Of a stretch of 64,000 nt of DNA, positions 9,113 to 18,625 are shown one piece after another. A program made the translations under genes and the position numbers. Under the pieces are notes generated by a model. The model worked only from the letters and a program-made list of their open reading frames with translations, had not been told where the DNA came from and searched no databases. Source of the DNA: an uncultured Actinomycetota bacterium (lineage in GTDB: Bacteria > Actinomycetota > Actinomycetes > Mycobacteriales > Pseudonocardiaceae); assembly GCA_963766275.1 (NCBI GenBank), contig CAVYAD010000043.1:216549-280548 (forward strand), read 5' to 3'. Position 1 is the stretch's first letter. Every line of letters starts with the position of its first letter.

Positions 9113-9775
9113 ATGACACAACCACCACCTTGGGGAGCGCCGCCACCACAGCGGCCGCAGTACCAGGCACCGCAACCACCACCCGGTTATCCACAGCCAC
9201 CGCAGGGCTATCCACAGGCCGGACCTCCGATGTATCAGCAGCGGCCGCCGCTGACCATTCCCGTGCCGGGGCCGCCGCAGGCACAGCCGGCCCACGGGTA
9301 TCCGCCACCGTTCATGGGCGGCGGGCTGCCGCCGAAGCCTCCGCAGCTCACCATGCTGGCCGTGCTGAACTGGATCCTCGCCGTCGGCATGCTCGGCATC
9401 GCGGCGTTCGTGATCGTCAGCTTCCTGATGTCCGGCGGCACGTTGATCGTCGGCATCCTGCTGGCGTTCGTGATCGGCGCGTTCGGCGTGCTGAACGCGC
9501 TCGCGGCGTTGTCGATCAACCACCCGCACTTCCCGAACACCGCCGCCTCCCACCTGGCCGGCGTGTTCACCGCGTTCGTGCTGGTCGTCGCGCTGTTCCG
9601 CTCGGTGCGCCGCGGCGTGGCCGAGCTCGTCCCGTCACTCGGGTCGTTCGCGCTGCTGGCCGTCTGCGTGCTCAGTCTCGTGCTGGCATCACGGCCGGCC
9701 GTGAAGCAGTGGATCGTGGCGAAGCACCAGCTGTCCCTCGCGCAGGGACACGTGCCGAGGAACCACCGCCGATGA
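9113..9775 (+). CDS. Pro/Gln-rich membrane protein (about 4 TM)
   Basis: PPQGYP-type low-complexity N-terminus followed by four hydrophobic segments; ATGA overlap with next gene. Confidence 0.75.
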   Translation: MTQPPPWGAPPPQRPQYQAPQPPPGYPQPPQGYPQAGPPMYQQRPPLTIPVPGPPQAQPAHGYPPPFMGGGLPPKPPQLTMLAVLNWILAVGMLGIAAFVIVSFLMSGGTLIVGILLAFVIGAFGVLNALAALSINHPHFPNTAASHLAGVFTAFVLVVALFRSVRRGVAELVPSLGSFALLAVCVLSLVLASRPAVKQWIVAKHQLSLAQGHVPRNHRR

Positions 9776-10221
9776 CCATGGAACTCGCCCAGGTCAACAT
9801 CTCCCGCCTGCTGGCGCCGCTGGACAGCCCGCAGCTCAAGGAGTTCGTCGACGCACTCGACCCGGTGAACGCGGTCGCGGACGCCGCACCCGGCTTCCGC
9901 TGGCGGCTGCAGAGCGAGGACGGCGACGCGACCGCGATCAGGGTCTTCGACGACGACTGGCTGATCGTGAACATGTCCGTGTGGGAATCGCCGGAGACGC
10001 TGATCGACTACGTCTACGGCGACACCCACCGGTCCATCCTGCGCGGCAGACGCCAGTGGTTCCACCCGCCTGTCGAGGCGATGACCGCACTCTGGTGGGT
10101 GCCCGCGGGTCACCGGCCGTCGGTCGCCGAGGCCGAGGAACGCCTGGTCCACCTGTGCACACACGGACCTTCATCGCACGTGTTCACGCTGAAGTCGGTC
10201 TACGGCGCGACATCCGCGTAA
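9772..10221 (+). CDS. DUF3291 domain protein
   Basis: LAQVNI...FVDALDPVNAVADAAPGFRWRL...NMSVWES...LWWVPAGHRP. Confidence 0.88.
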   Translation: MTMELAQVNISRLLAPLDSPQLKEFVDALDPVNAVADAAPGFRWRLQSEDGDATAIRVFDDDWLIVNMSVWESPETLIDYVYGDTHRSILRGRRQWFHPPVEAMTALWWVPAGHRPSVAEAEERLVHLCTHGPSSHVFTLKSVYGATSA

Positions 10222-10946
10222 CTGGTGCCGAGCTTGGCGTTGTTCAGCCAGGCCGTGGCGCGCCCGCTGTTGGGGCCCGACCGGTAGACACCCCACTTGG
10301 TGTTGACGTGCGTGCCCCACAGCGTGGCGCCGGCATAGCGCTTCTGCCCGTTGTCGAACGTCTGCTGCTCACCGTTGCGATACAGCTCGACCCACCCGTC
10401 GTTGCCGCGGCTGAGCTTGAAGCCGATCACCCAGTCGTTCCACTGGTTCGTCGGGAACGGCACCGTCCAGATGTGCTTCGACCCGCCCGTCGGCGCGGTG
10501 AGCTGGAAGTGCAGCTTGCCGTCGCCGAGCGTGCGCAACACGAACGGCCCGGACTTGGGCTGCGACCCGCTCGACCCCGAGATGTGCAGCTGGTAGACCG
10601 CGACCCAGTGCCCACCGCTCGCGTTGACCTCCCACTTCGCCCGCCAGCCGAAGTAGAAGACCTTGCCGACGTCCGCACTCCCGATCCGGTAGGGCGAGCC
10701 GTTCTTGCGCATGCCCCGTGACTCGCAGCGCTCCTTGCCGTTGCTCCAGTCCCAGGTCTCGTACTTGATCGACGGCCCGTACCTGGGATCGTTCGCCACC
10801 GTGATGGCGCCGGGATCCCGTTCCAGCCCGTCGAACACGGCCGCGGGCCCCTTGGCCGGATCCGCCTCCCACAGCACGTTCGCGGCCTGGGCCTGAGACG
10901 GGGTGACGAGCGCTATGGCGGCAACGAATGCCAGCAGTACTCGCAT
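10200..10946 (-). CDS. Secreted polysaccharide lyase-like (heparin lyase I-like jelly-roll) protein
   Basis: Signal peptide ending AQA; KERCE, YFGW, VYQLH, GWVELYRNG, KWGVYR; RBS AGAAGGAG. Confidence 0.75.
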   Translation of the reverse strand: MRVLLAFVAAIALVTPSQAQAANVLWEADPAKGPAAVFDGLERDPGAITVANDPRYGPSIKYETWDWSNGKERCESRGMRKNGSPYRIGSADVGKVFYFGWRAKWEVNASGGHWVAVYQLHISGSSGSQPKSGPFVLRTLGDGKLHFQLTAPTGGSKHIWTVPFPTNQWNDWVIGFKLSRGNDGWVELYRNGEQQTFDNGQKRYAGATLWGTHVNTKWGVYRSGPNSGRATAWLNNAKLGTSYADVAP

Positions 10947-11099
10947 CAGATCTCCTTCTGTGCAACGCCCGCGGCGAAGGCATAGATCGGATGTCTGCGG
11001 CGTGATTCGCACAGTATCGGCGATCAATCGATGGCACCAGAGTTCGCCCGGCACCGGAATATCTAGGCCCTGGACCTGGTGAGAGTTAACGTGGTGCCC

Positions 11100-11579
11100 A
11101 TGCACGACACGACGGAACGCCTTGCCGAGGCGGCCACGTTGGAGGAAGTCCAACGCGTCGTCCGCACCACGGCCCGATCTCTTCTGGCTGCCCACGGCGC
11201 GACCCTGGTGCTGCTGGACGGCGACCTCTGCTACTACGCCGACGAGGACTCGATGAGCCCGCTGTGGAAGGGCCAGCGTTTCCCCGCCGTCAACTGCATC
11301 AGCGGCTGGGCGATGCTGAACCGGCAGACCGTCGCGATCAGGGACATCCGCTTCGACAAGCGAATCCCGCAGGAGGCGTACCGCCCGACGTTCGTGCGAA
11401 GCCTACTGATGGCCCCGATCCTGCGCCCCGACCCGCTGGGCGCCATCGGCTGCTACTGGGCCGTCCCGCACACCGCGTCACCCGAGGAAACCGAGACCTT
11501 GGAGTCGCTGGCCTCGGCCGCGGGCGAAGCACTGGAACGCTTCCCGGAAGGCCTGCCCGCACGGGGCTTCCTCAGCTGA
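11100..11579 (+). CDS. Stand-alone GAF domain protein
   Basis: LWKGQRFPAVNCISGWAM, IRDIRFDKRIP, VRSLLMAPI, GAIGCYW. Confidence 0.85.
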   Translation: MHDTTERLAEAATLEEVQRVVRTTARSLLAAHGATLVLLDGDLCYYADEDSMSPLWKGQRFPAVNCISGWAMLNRQTVAIRDIRFDKRIPQEAYRPTFVRSLLMAPILRPDPLGAIGCYWAVPHTASPEETETLESLASAAGEALERFPEGLPARGFLS

Positions 11580-11697
11580 GCTCTTCCTCGAAGATCTCGT
11601 CGATCTTCTGCGAGGCCCTCGAAAGCACCCTCACGGTCGACATGACCACCACGAACCCGGCAGCCACCGCCACCGTCACCCAGATAGACGTGAGCAT
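11572..11697 (-). CDS. Small single-TM protein (41 aa)
   Basis: MLTSIWVTVAVAAGFVVVMSTVRVLSRASQKIDEIFEEELS: TM helix plus amphipathic acidic tail, GC-rich third positions. Confidence 0.5.
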   Translation of the reverse strand: MLTSIWVTVAVAAGFVVVMSTVRVLSRASQKIDEIFEEELS

Positions 11698-12002
11698 GTA
11701 AACGATCGCCAGCGACTGCAACACAACAATGCACTTCGCAGCTATGACGATCCACGACTTGTGAACCTGCCTGACAGCCGAAACCGAGTTCATCAGGTCT
11801 TCTCCCGACCAATTTCAACGAGCACCGAACACCGATCCGTGTGTCGAGTCGATCTAGGCCTCCGTTACCCACCGTGAGTTGAATAGTCAACGATCACTCG
11901 TACGGGTTAACGCTACATGGCGGTTCCGCATTGTTTGGTGTGGAACGGTGGCGGAGCGTGCATGCAAACACCGTGTCTCTCGTGCTCCCGGATGTCGAGC
12001 CA

Positions 12003-12022
12003 TGCCACACGATCGTGTGGCA
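12003..12022. promoter_or_regulatory. Perfect 20-bp palindrome, putative operator
   Basis: TGCCACACGATCGTGTGGCA is its own reverse complement; about 100 bp upstream of the C39-like gene. Confidence 0.5.
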
Positions 12023-12125
12023 AATGGGGGAACCTGATGCCCTTCTCCGTGAATGACGGGGCCCTTCGCCTCTGCTCTTCACGGCATGCAAGCGACCTGA
12101 AAGGTCGCGTTCCTACGGTCCGCGC

Positions 12126-12845
12126 ATGACAGTCATCGGAAGAACCGGTCCGGCCCTGCTGGTCGGCCTCGCCCTCGCCGCGAGCGTCGGCGTCACCCCC
12201 GCGGCATCTGCCGACGTGACCCCGCAGGCCACCGTCCGCGTGACCTGGCAGCAGCAGCCGAACGGCTACTACTGCGGGCCCGCGGCGATCCGCATGGTCA
12301 TCTCGTCGCGCACCACCGCGTTGCCCACCCAGGCGGCGATCGCCTCGTACGTGGGCACGAGTCCGGACACCGGCACCGACCGCTACCAGGTCCGTGACGG
12401 CCTCAACCACTGGCTTGGCACGAACGCGTACGTCGTCCACACCGTCAGCAACCCGATGACGAACCCCGAGATCGACGCCTTGTGGTCGCGGATCAAGACG
12501 AGCATCGACACCGGCTGGTCGATGCCGGTCAACATCGTCACGCGCGCGGGCGGCCTGCGGCCGCCGGGCTACGCCGCGTCCAGCAACGTCGACCACTGGA
12601 TCGTCATCTCGGGCTTCTACACCTCGGGCGGCCAGAACTACGTCACGGTGCACGACCCCGCGTCGGGCAAGCCGGGCTTCAACGCCAACGCCTCGTACAA
12701 CATGAACCTGTGGACGTTGCGGAACATCGTGACCAAGACCTACGTCGCACGCCCGGCCGCACCACCGGCCTTCTCCTGGAATTCTCCCGGAATGGCCGGA
12801 AATACAAATCAGGCTCTGTCCACGTCTAATGTGGACAGAGCCTGA
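12126..12845 (+). CDS. Secreted C39-like (papain-fold) cysteine peptidase
   Basis: Signal peptide ending ASA; QQQPNGYYCGPAA (Gln/Cys), HWIVISG (His), VHDPA (Asp). Confidence 0.85.
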   Translation: MTVIGRTGPALLVGLALAASVGVTPAASADVTPQATVRVTWQQQPNGYYCGPAAIRMVISSRTTALPTQAAIASYVGTSPDTGTDRYQVRDGLNHWLGTNAYVVHTVSNPMTNPEIDALWSRIKTSIDTGWSMPVNIVTRAGGLRPPGYAASSNVDHWIVISGFYTSGGQNYVTVHDPASGKPGFNANASYNMNLWTLRNIVTKTYVARPAAPPAFSWNSPGMAGNTNQALSTSNVDRA

Positions 12846-12850
12846 TTTGT
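12804..12850. terminator. Perfect 20-bp inverted repeat, bidirectional terminator or REP-like element
   Basis: ACAAATCAGGCTCTGTCCAC-N7-GTGGACAGAGCCTGATTTGT between convergent peptidase and tRNA. Confidence 0.75.
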
Positions 12851-12851
12851 T

Positions 12852-12926
<75 letters not shown>

Positions 12927-12945
12927 GCTGGGAACGAGTTGAACT

Positions 12946-13899
12946 CTACATCATGTCGCTCCCAGCTCCGAATCGGACCCCCTGATTACGCCCCTGAGCA
13001 GGCGTGACGGGCCGAGGCACCAGCGTGAGCAGCGAAGCCTCCGGAGGACAGCAGAACCGCACCGGAGCGAACGGCGAAGTACCCATCCCCGCGGACACGT
13101 TCATCCACATGTGCGATCCCCACCGGGAAACGCCACGGGCTCGTGAACGGTCCAACTCGCAGTTGGTCACCAACGCGCCGTAAAAAGGCACCCGCAGCTG
13201 ACCGCCATGGGTGTGCCCGGCCATCACGAAGTCGTAGCCATCGGCAGCGAACGGGTCGAGCACGCGCGGCTCCGGCGAGTGCGTGACGCCGAGACGCAAC
13301 GCGGCCGACGGATCCGGCGCACCGGCGATGTCGGCATACCGGTCGCGCTTGAGGTGCGGGTCGTCGAGCCCGGCACAGAAGATCTGCTGACCGGCCACGG
13401 TGATGGTCTTGCGGACGTGCGTGAGGTCTTCCCAGCCGCGCTCGATCATGCCGGCGCGCAGGTCGCGCCACGGCAGCGTCACGCCGTGGATGCGCTTGGT
13501 CTTGGCAGACGGCAGCAGGTACCGCACGGGGTTCTTCAGGCGCGGCGCGTAGTAGTCATTGCTGCCGAACACGAACACACCCGGCCGGTCGAGCAGCGGC
13601 CCCAACGCGCGCAGCACGGCGGGGACGGCGTCCTTGTGGGCGAGGTTGTCGCCGGTGTTCACGACCAGGTCGGGGTTCAGGTCGTTCAGTGCGGCGACCC
13701 AGCGCTGCTTCGACACCTGGTTCGGCGTCATGTGCAGGTCCGAGATGTGCAGCACCCTGATCGGCTTGGCGCCGGGCGACAGCACGGGCACCGTCGCGGT
13801 GCGCAGTGTCCAGTGCCTTCTCTCGATTCCCGCCGCGTACCCGATGGTCGCGGCACCGAGTGCGGTCGTGGCGAGAAGAGCGCGGCCGAGCTTGTTCAC
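12946..13899 (-). CDS. Calcineurin-like metallophosphoesterase (Rv3683-like)
   Basis: SDLH, TGDN, GSND, GHTHGGQ motifs. Confidence 0.93.
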   Translation of the reverse strand: MNKLGRALLATTALGAATIGYAAGIERRHWTLRTATVPVLSPGAKPIRVLHISDLHMTPNQVSKQRWVAALNDLNPDLVVNTGDNLAHKDAVPAVLRALGPLLDRPGVFVFGSNDYYAPRLKNPVRYLLPSAKTKRIHGVTLPWRDLRAGMIERGWEDLTHVRKTITVAGQQIFCAGLDDPHLKRDRYADIAGAPDPSAALRLGVTHSPEPRVLDPFAADGYDFVMAGHTHGGQLRVPFYGALVTNCELDRSRARGVSRWGSHMWMNVSAGMGTSPFAPVRFCCPPEASLLTLVPRPVTPAQGRNQGVRFGAGSDMM

Positions 13900-13968
13900 G
13901 TTGTCAAGGGTACGGAAGACGGATAACTCGATCGGCGCCGCATCCGGCGGGCGGTAGCGTTCACGCCC

Positions 13969-14439
13969 ATGGCGGAGTTGAAGACGCGGCTGAAGAACGA
14001 CCTGACCGCGGCTATGAAGGCAAGGGAGACCGTCACGGCCGGTGCGCTGCGGATGGCGCTCACGGCGGTCACGACCGAGGAGGTCTCGGGCAAGCAGGCT
14101 CGCGAGCTCACCGATGACGAGGTCGTGAAGGTCCTCACGCGTGAGGCCAAGAAGCGCAAGGAGGCCGCGGAGGCCTTCGCGGGCGCGGGTCGTGCGGAGA
14201 AGGCGGAGCTGGAGCGCGCGGAGCTCGCGATCCTGGAGGCGTACCTGCCTGCCCAGCTCGACGACGCCGAGCTGGCTTCCATTGTGGACAAGGCCGTCGA
14301 GGCTGTTGCCGCGCAGCTCGGTGAGACGCCGGGGCAGAAGCAGATGGGCCAGGTCATGAAGGCGGTCAACGCCGAGGTGGCTGGCCGGGCAGAGGGTGGC
14401 CGGATCGCCGCCGCGGTGAAGTCGAAGCTGAGCTCCTGA
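13969..14439 (+). CDS. GatB/YqeY domain protein
   Basis: LKNDLTAAMKAR, EAKKRKEAAEAF, YLPAQL, MGQVMK. Confidence 0.93.
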   Translation: MAELKTRLKNDLTAAMKARETVTAGALRMALTAVTTEEVSGKQARELTDDEVVKVLTREAKKRKEAAEAFAGAGRAEKAELERAELAILEAYLPAQLDDAELASIVDKAVEAVAAQLGETPGQKQMGQVMKAVNAEVAGRAEGGRIAAAVKSKLSS

Positions 14440-14455
14440 ACCGAACTGAACTGAA

Positions 14456-14483
14456 CAGGGCCCCTCACGAATGAGGGGCCCTG
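14456..14483. terminator. Hairpin terminator between yqeY-like gene and ponA2
   Basis: CAGGGCCCCTCA-CGAA-TGAGGGGCCCTG (UUCG loop on the minus strand). Confidence 0.75.
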
Positions 14484-14487
14484 AACG

Positions 14488-16941
14488 CTATCTGGGTTCG
14501 CCCGGTTCCGTGGGCAACGTGATCGGCGGCGGCTCGTTCGGGTTACCGGGGTTACCAGGATCGTTCGGATTCCCTGGATTGCCCTGAGTCGGCTCCGTCG
14601 GCACCGGCGGCGGCACATAGCCCGAGCTCACCGAGAGCGTGATCACCGTACCCCGCAGGGCGTTGCCGCGCGGCGACTGGCTCACCACGGTGCCCTTCGG
14701 CTGGTCCGAGTTGATCGACTGCTGGCTGGCCTTGTAGCCGGCCTGCTCCAGGATCCGGATCGCGTCGTTCACCGAACGGCCGACGACGTCCGGGATCTGG
14801 ATCTCCCGTCCGCCCTTGAGGTAGCGGGGCTCCACCGGCGCGAGGTTCCTCACCGGCAACGAGCCGTGCAGCTTCGACATCGTGTCGAACCAGGTGCGGG
14901 CGGGCACGGTGCCGCCGAAGATGTTGCCGCCGCTGCACAGGCGCGGGGCGCCGCCGACGCAGATCGGGCGAGGGTTGGTGCCGTCGTTGTACGTCTGCAC
15001 GGCGCCCGCGAAGTCCGGGGTCGCGCCGATGAACGCCGCCGACTTGTACTCCTCGGTGGTGCCCGTCTTGCCGATCATCGGGCGGGTCCACTTGAAGGCC
15101 TTGGCGGCCGCGGCGGCGGTGCCGTTGCCGACGTCGTCCTTGCTCATGCCCATCGCGAGGCCGTTGGCGAGGCCCTCGTTCACGGCCTGCTCACACGGCG
15201 CCTCGTTGACCGGGAGGACCTTGTTGTTGCGGTCGAGCACCTTCACCAGCGGCGTCGGCGGGCACCACTTGCCGCCGGAGACGATGGTGGCGGCGACGTT
15301 CGCGAGCTCCAGAGTGGACACCGGCGCGGGCGACAGCGTGAAGGACGCGTTGCCGCCGTTCTGCTTGTAGAACTCCGTCTGCGAGATGCGGTTCTGCTTG
15401 TCCTTGGCCTTCGGGTCCGGCCGGGTGCCCTGCAGGTTCGTCGCCATCGTCTCGCGCATGCCCAGACGGGAGGCCATGTCGACGACGGTGTCCAGGCCGG
15501 TCTGCTCCTCCAGGATCACGAAACCGGTGTTCGGCGAGGTCTGCAGGGCCTGCTGCAGCGACATCGACGACGGGTAGCTGCCGTCGAAGTTCGACAGGCA
15601 GTACCACCGGGTGCCGGGCTCGCCGGTGCCGGGACAACGCGCGGCGCCACCCTTGAACACGCGCGAGACGTGGTGCGTCGGCGTCGGGATCACGTTCTCG
15701 ATGCCGAGGCCCTTCTCCAGCGCCGCGGCCGCCGTGAAGACCTTGTAGACCGAGCCCGCGCCGAACTTGTTCTCCACGCCGCTCGGCAGGTCGAACGTCG
15801 TCTGGTTCTGCTGGGCCTTCAGGCCGTAGTCGCGGTTGGCCACCAATGCCAGCACATCGTGACGCTCCTTGCCGGGGCGCACGACCGCCATAGTGTTCGC
15901 CACTCCGGGAGTGCCCTTCGCGACGCCCGCCTCCGCCGCCGCTTTCGCCTGCGAGGTGACTGCTCTGTCCAAAGTGGTCTGAATTGTGTAGCCGCCGGTG
16001 CGCAGCTGTTCTTCGCTGAAACCCGCTCGCTGCAAGTAGTTCACGACGTACGAGCAGAAGAAACCGTTTTCCGGACCGGCGCCGACACAACCGTTCGGCG
16101 GGGTTCGCACAGGACTCGCGAGTCCGAGTCCTTCCTTCTTCGCCGCCTCTCCCGCGTCACGCGAGAGCTTGTCGTTCTCGACCATCCTGTCGATCACTTT
16201 GTTGCGCCGGTCCAGCGCTTTGTCCGGATACGCTTCGGGGTCGAGTGCTGACGGACTGTTGACCATTCCGGCGAGCATCGCGGACTGAGGAACGGTCAGC
16301 TTGTCCGGAGTAGTGCCGAAGTACGCCTGTGCCGCCGCGGCGATGCCGTAAATGGTCGAACCAAAAGGCACGACGTTCAGGTACCTGGCGAGGATCTCCT
16401 CCTTGCCGAGCTTTCGCTCCAGCTGAAGGGAGATCCGGGCCTCGCGCATCTTGCGCGCGATGGTCTGCTCCTGCGCCTTGGCCTGCTCCAGCTTGTTGTT
16501 CCGCGCCACGACGTGGACCAGGTAGTTCTTCACGTACTGCTGGGTCAGCGTGGACGCACCCTGCGACACGGAGCCGCTGACCTGGTTCGTCAGCCCGGCA
16601 CGCATGGTGCCCTTCCAGTCGACGCCCTGGTGCTCGTAGAACCGGCGGTCCTCGACCGAGATCAGCGCCGCCTTCATGGTCGGCGAGATCTTCTCCGGTG
16701 GTGTCAGGACTCTGTACTGGTCGTACAGGTAGGCGATCGGGCCGCCGTCCTTGTCGGTCACTGTCGTGATCAACGGTGGGTCCGTGGTCACGAGGTCGGC
16801 AGAGATGCTGTCCACGGTGTCGCTGGCGCGGTTGGAGACCAGGCCTGTCGCGCCCACCACCGGGAACAGCATGCCGGCGAGGAGAACCCCAGCCAGCAGG
16901 CACAGGCCGAGCATCTTGAGCACGCCATTCCTGACTCGCAC
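14488..16941 (-). CDS. ponA2: Class A penicillin-binding protein (transglycosylase/transpeptidase + PASTA)
   Basis: EDRRFYEHQG, GASTLTQQ, SVYK, SPN, KTG motifs; C-terminal PASTA; divergent from whiB4. Confidence 0.92.
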   Translation of the reverse strand: MRVRNGVLKMLGLCLLAGVLLAGMLFPVVGATGLVSNRASDTVDSISADLVTTDPPLITTVTDKDGGPIAYLYDQYRVLTPPEKISPTMKAALISVEDRRFYEHQGVDWKGTMRAGLTNQVSGSVSQGASTLTQQYVKNYLVHVVARNNKLEQAKAQEQTIARKMREARISLQLERKLGKEEILARYLNVVPFGSTIYGIAAAAQAYFGTTPDKLTVPQSAMLAGMVNSPSALDPEAYPDKALDRRNKVIDRMVENDKLSRDAGEAAKKEGLGLASPVRTPPNGCVGAGPENGFFCSYVVNYLQRAGFSEEQLRTGGYTIQTTLDRAVTSQAKAAAEAGVAKGTPGVANTMAVVRPGKERHDVLALVANRDYGLKAQQNQTTFDLPSGVENKFGAGSVYKVFTAAAALEKGLGIENVIPTPTHHVSRVFKGGAARCPGTGEPGTRWYCLSNFDGSYPSSMSLQQALQTSPNTGFVILEEQTGLDTVVDMASRLGMRETMATNLQGTRPDPKAKDKQNRISQTEFYKQNGGNASFTLSPAPVSTLELANVAATIVSGGKWCPPTPLVKVLDRNNKVLPVNEAPCEQAVNEGLANGLAMGMSKDDVGNGTAAAAAKAFKWTRPMIGKTGTTEEYKSAAFIGATPDFAGAVQTYNDGTNPRPICVGGAPRLCSGGNIFGGTVPARTWFDTMSKLHGSLPVRNLAPVEPRYLKGGREIQIPDVVGRSVNDAIRILEQAGYKASQQSINSDQPKGTVVSQSPRGNALRGTVITLSVSSGYVPPPVPTEPTQGNPGNPNDPGNPGNPNEPPPITLPTEPGEPR

Positions 16942-17170
16942 GAGGGGCAGCGTACGCCGTACACGAACGGGTGACGGTGATCAGTAAGCCCCGTTACTCA
17001 GCATGAGTAGGGATACGCAAGACAGGTAACAGTTGGGTGGCCCAGGGTTGGACGTGGAACCAGAAGGCTCTACAGTCCGTCAACGTCCAAGGAATGCAGC
17101 CGTGGCTTCGAACGCTACGGCATCCGTGGCAGGGGTGTGGCGGATTTCCACATTTGGACAGCACTGAGGA

Positions 17171-17470
17171 GTGGGGGATATGAACCAGGGGGATTGGCGT
17201 ATCAACGCTTCGTGCCGCGATGAGGAGCCGGATCAGCTCTTCGTCAGGGGTGCGGAGCAGCGCAAGGCGAAGCTCGTGTGTCTCGGTTGTCCCGTGCGCA
17301 TGGAATGCCTGGCCGAAGCGCTGGACAACAGGATCGAGTTCGGCGTCTGGGGTGGCATGACAGAGCGTGAACGACGCGCTCTGCTGCGTCGCCGGCCGGA
17401 CGTTACGTCTTGGTACGAATTGCTGGACAATGCGCGCCTTGACCATCACGAGGACTCGAGGGTCGGCTAG
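17171..17470 (+). CDS. whiB4: WhiB-family Fe-S transcription factor (WhiB4/WblA orthologue)
   Basis: Four Cys, GVWGGMTERERR, LFVRGAEQ; position between ponA2 and the ArsA pair. Confidence 0.93.
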   Translation: MGDMNQGDWRINASCRDEEPDQLFVRGAEQRKAKLVCLGCPVRMECLAEALDNRIEFGVWGGMTERERRALLRRRPDVTSWYELLDNARLDHHEDSRVG

Positions 17471-17500
17471 TTCTGCAAGATCAGGAACTAGTCCGAGGCT

Positions 17501-18625
17501 CTACTCCCCGGCGAGCCGGCGACCTATCTCTCGAAGGCCGTCGAGGTCGTGCACATCCGCGGGCAACGCGGGCACGCCGACCAGTGCGACACCGGGGTGG
17601 GCACGTGTGAACCGGGCCAGCAGTCGCTTCTCCCGATCCGCGACCGCTACCCGGTCCGCGTGCAGCCGGAGCACCGCCGCGGCGAGCGGCGCCTCACCGG
17701 AGCGATCAAGATCTTCCGCTGCGGCGAGCGCCTTCGCCGCGGGCAGGTCCGCAGCCAGCACGGGGTGGGTCCTGTTCGCGACGAGCCCGCACAACGGCAT
17801 GCCCTCGGCGCCGAGCCGTTCCACGAAGTAGCTGGCCTCGCGCAACGCGTCCGGCTCCGCGGCCGCCACCACCACGAACCCGGTGCCCGGCGAGCGGAGC
17901 AGCTCGTAGGTGCGCTGGGCCCGTTCGCGGAAGCCGCCGAACATGCTGTCGAACGCCTGCACGAACGTCGAGGCGTCCTGCAGCAGCTGGCCGCCGACGA
18001 TCGTGGACACCGCCCGTGTGAACAGGCTGAAGCCGGTTCCGACGATCTTGAGCAACCCACGTCCGCTCGCGCGCGCAGGCGCGGAGAGCATGCGGATGAA
18101 CCTCCCGTCGAGCACCGTCGACAGCCGCTGCGGCGCGTCGAGGAAGTCCAGCGCCGATCGGCTCGGCGGGGTGTCGACGATGATCAGGTCCCACTCGTCC
18201 TGCGCCACCAGCTGGCCCAGCTTCTCCATCGCCATGTACTCCTGCGTTCCGGAGAACGACGAGGAAATGGTCTGGTAGAAGGGGTTCGACAGGATCTGGT
18301 CGGCCCGGTCGCGGCCCGCGTGCGTCAGCACCATGTCGTCGAACGTGCGACGCATGTCCAGCATCATCGCGTACAGCTCGCCCTTGGGCTCGAAGCCTTC
18401 GACGACGACCTCACGCGGATGGTTGTCGAGCTCCCGCAGGCCGAGCGACTGCGCGAGGCGGCGGGCCGGGTCGATCGTCAGCACGACGACGCGCCTGCCG
18501 CGTTCCGCCGCGCGCAACCCCAGCGCGGCCGCCGTCGTCGTCTTGCCGACGCCGCCGGAACCGCAGCAGACGAGCACGCGAGTGGCCGGATCGTCCAGCA
18601 AGTTGTCGAACTCGAGCCTGTTCAT
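17501..18625 (-). CDS. ArsA/Get3-like ATPase (Rv3680-like)
   Basis: [22 protein letters not shown]. Confidence 0.92.
   Translation of the reverse strand: MNRLEFDNLLDDPATRVLVCCGSGGVGKTTTAAALGLRAAERGRRVVVLTIDPARRLAQSLGLRELDNHPREVVVEGFEPKGELYAMMLDMRRTFDDMVLTHAGRDRADQILSNPFYQTISSSFSGTQEYMAMEKLGQLVAQDEWDLIIVDTPPSRSALDFLDAPQRLSTVLDGRFIRMLSAPARASGRGLLKIVGTGFSLFTRAVSTIVGGQLLQDASTFVQAFDSMFGGFRERAQRTYELLRSPGTGFVVVAAAEPDALREASYFVERLGAEGMPLCGLVANRTHPVLAADLPAAKALAAAEDLDRSGEAPLAAAVLRLHADRVAVADREKRLLARFTRAHPGVALVGVPALPADVHDLDGLREIGRRLAGE

Noticed and set aside
10890-10910. CGGGGTGAC match to the tRNA-Pro 3' end as a possible att site
   Set aside because: Only 9 nt, inside a signal-peptide coding region, and no integrase present
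14437-14456. GAACT/GAACC pentamer repeats after the yqeY-like gene
   Set aside because: Too short; best explained as the U-rich tail of the ponA2 terminator
14500-14600. Repeats encoding PGNPN at the ponA2 C-terminus, and PPQGYP repeats near 9120-9340
   Set aside because: Ordinary low-complexity protein linkers, not CRISPR or DNA repeats
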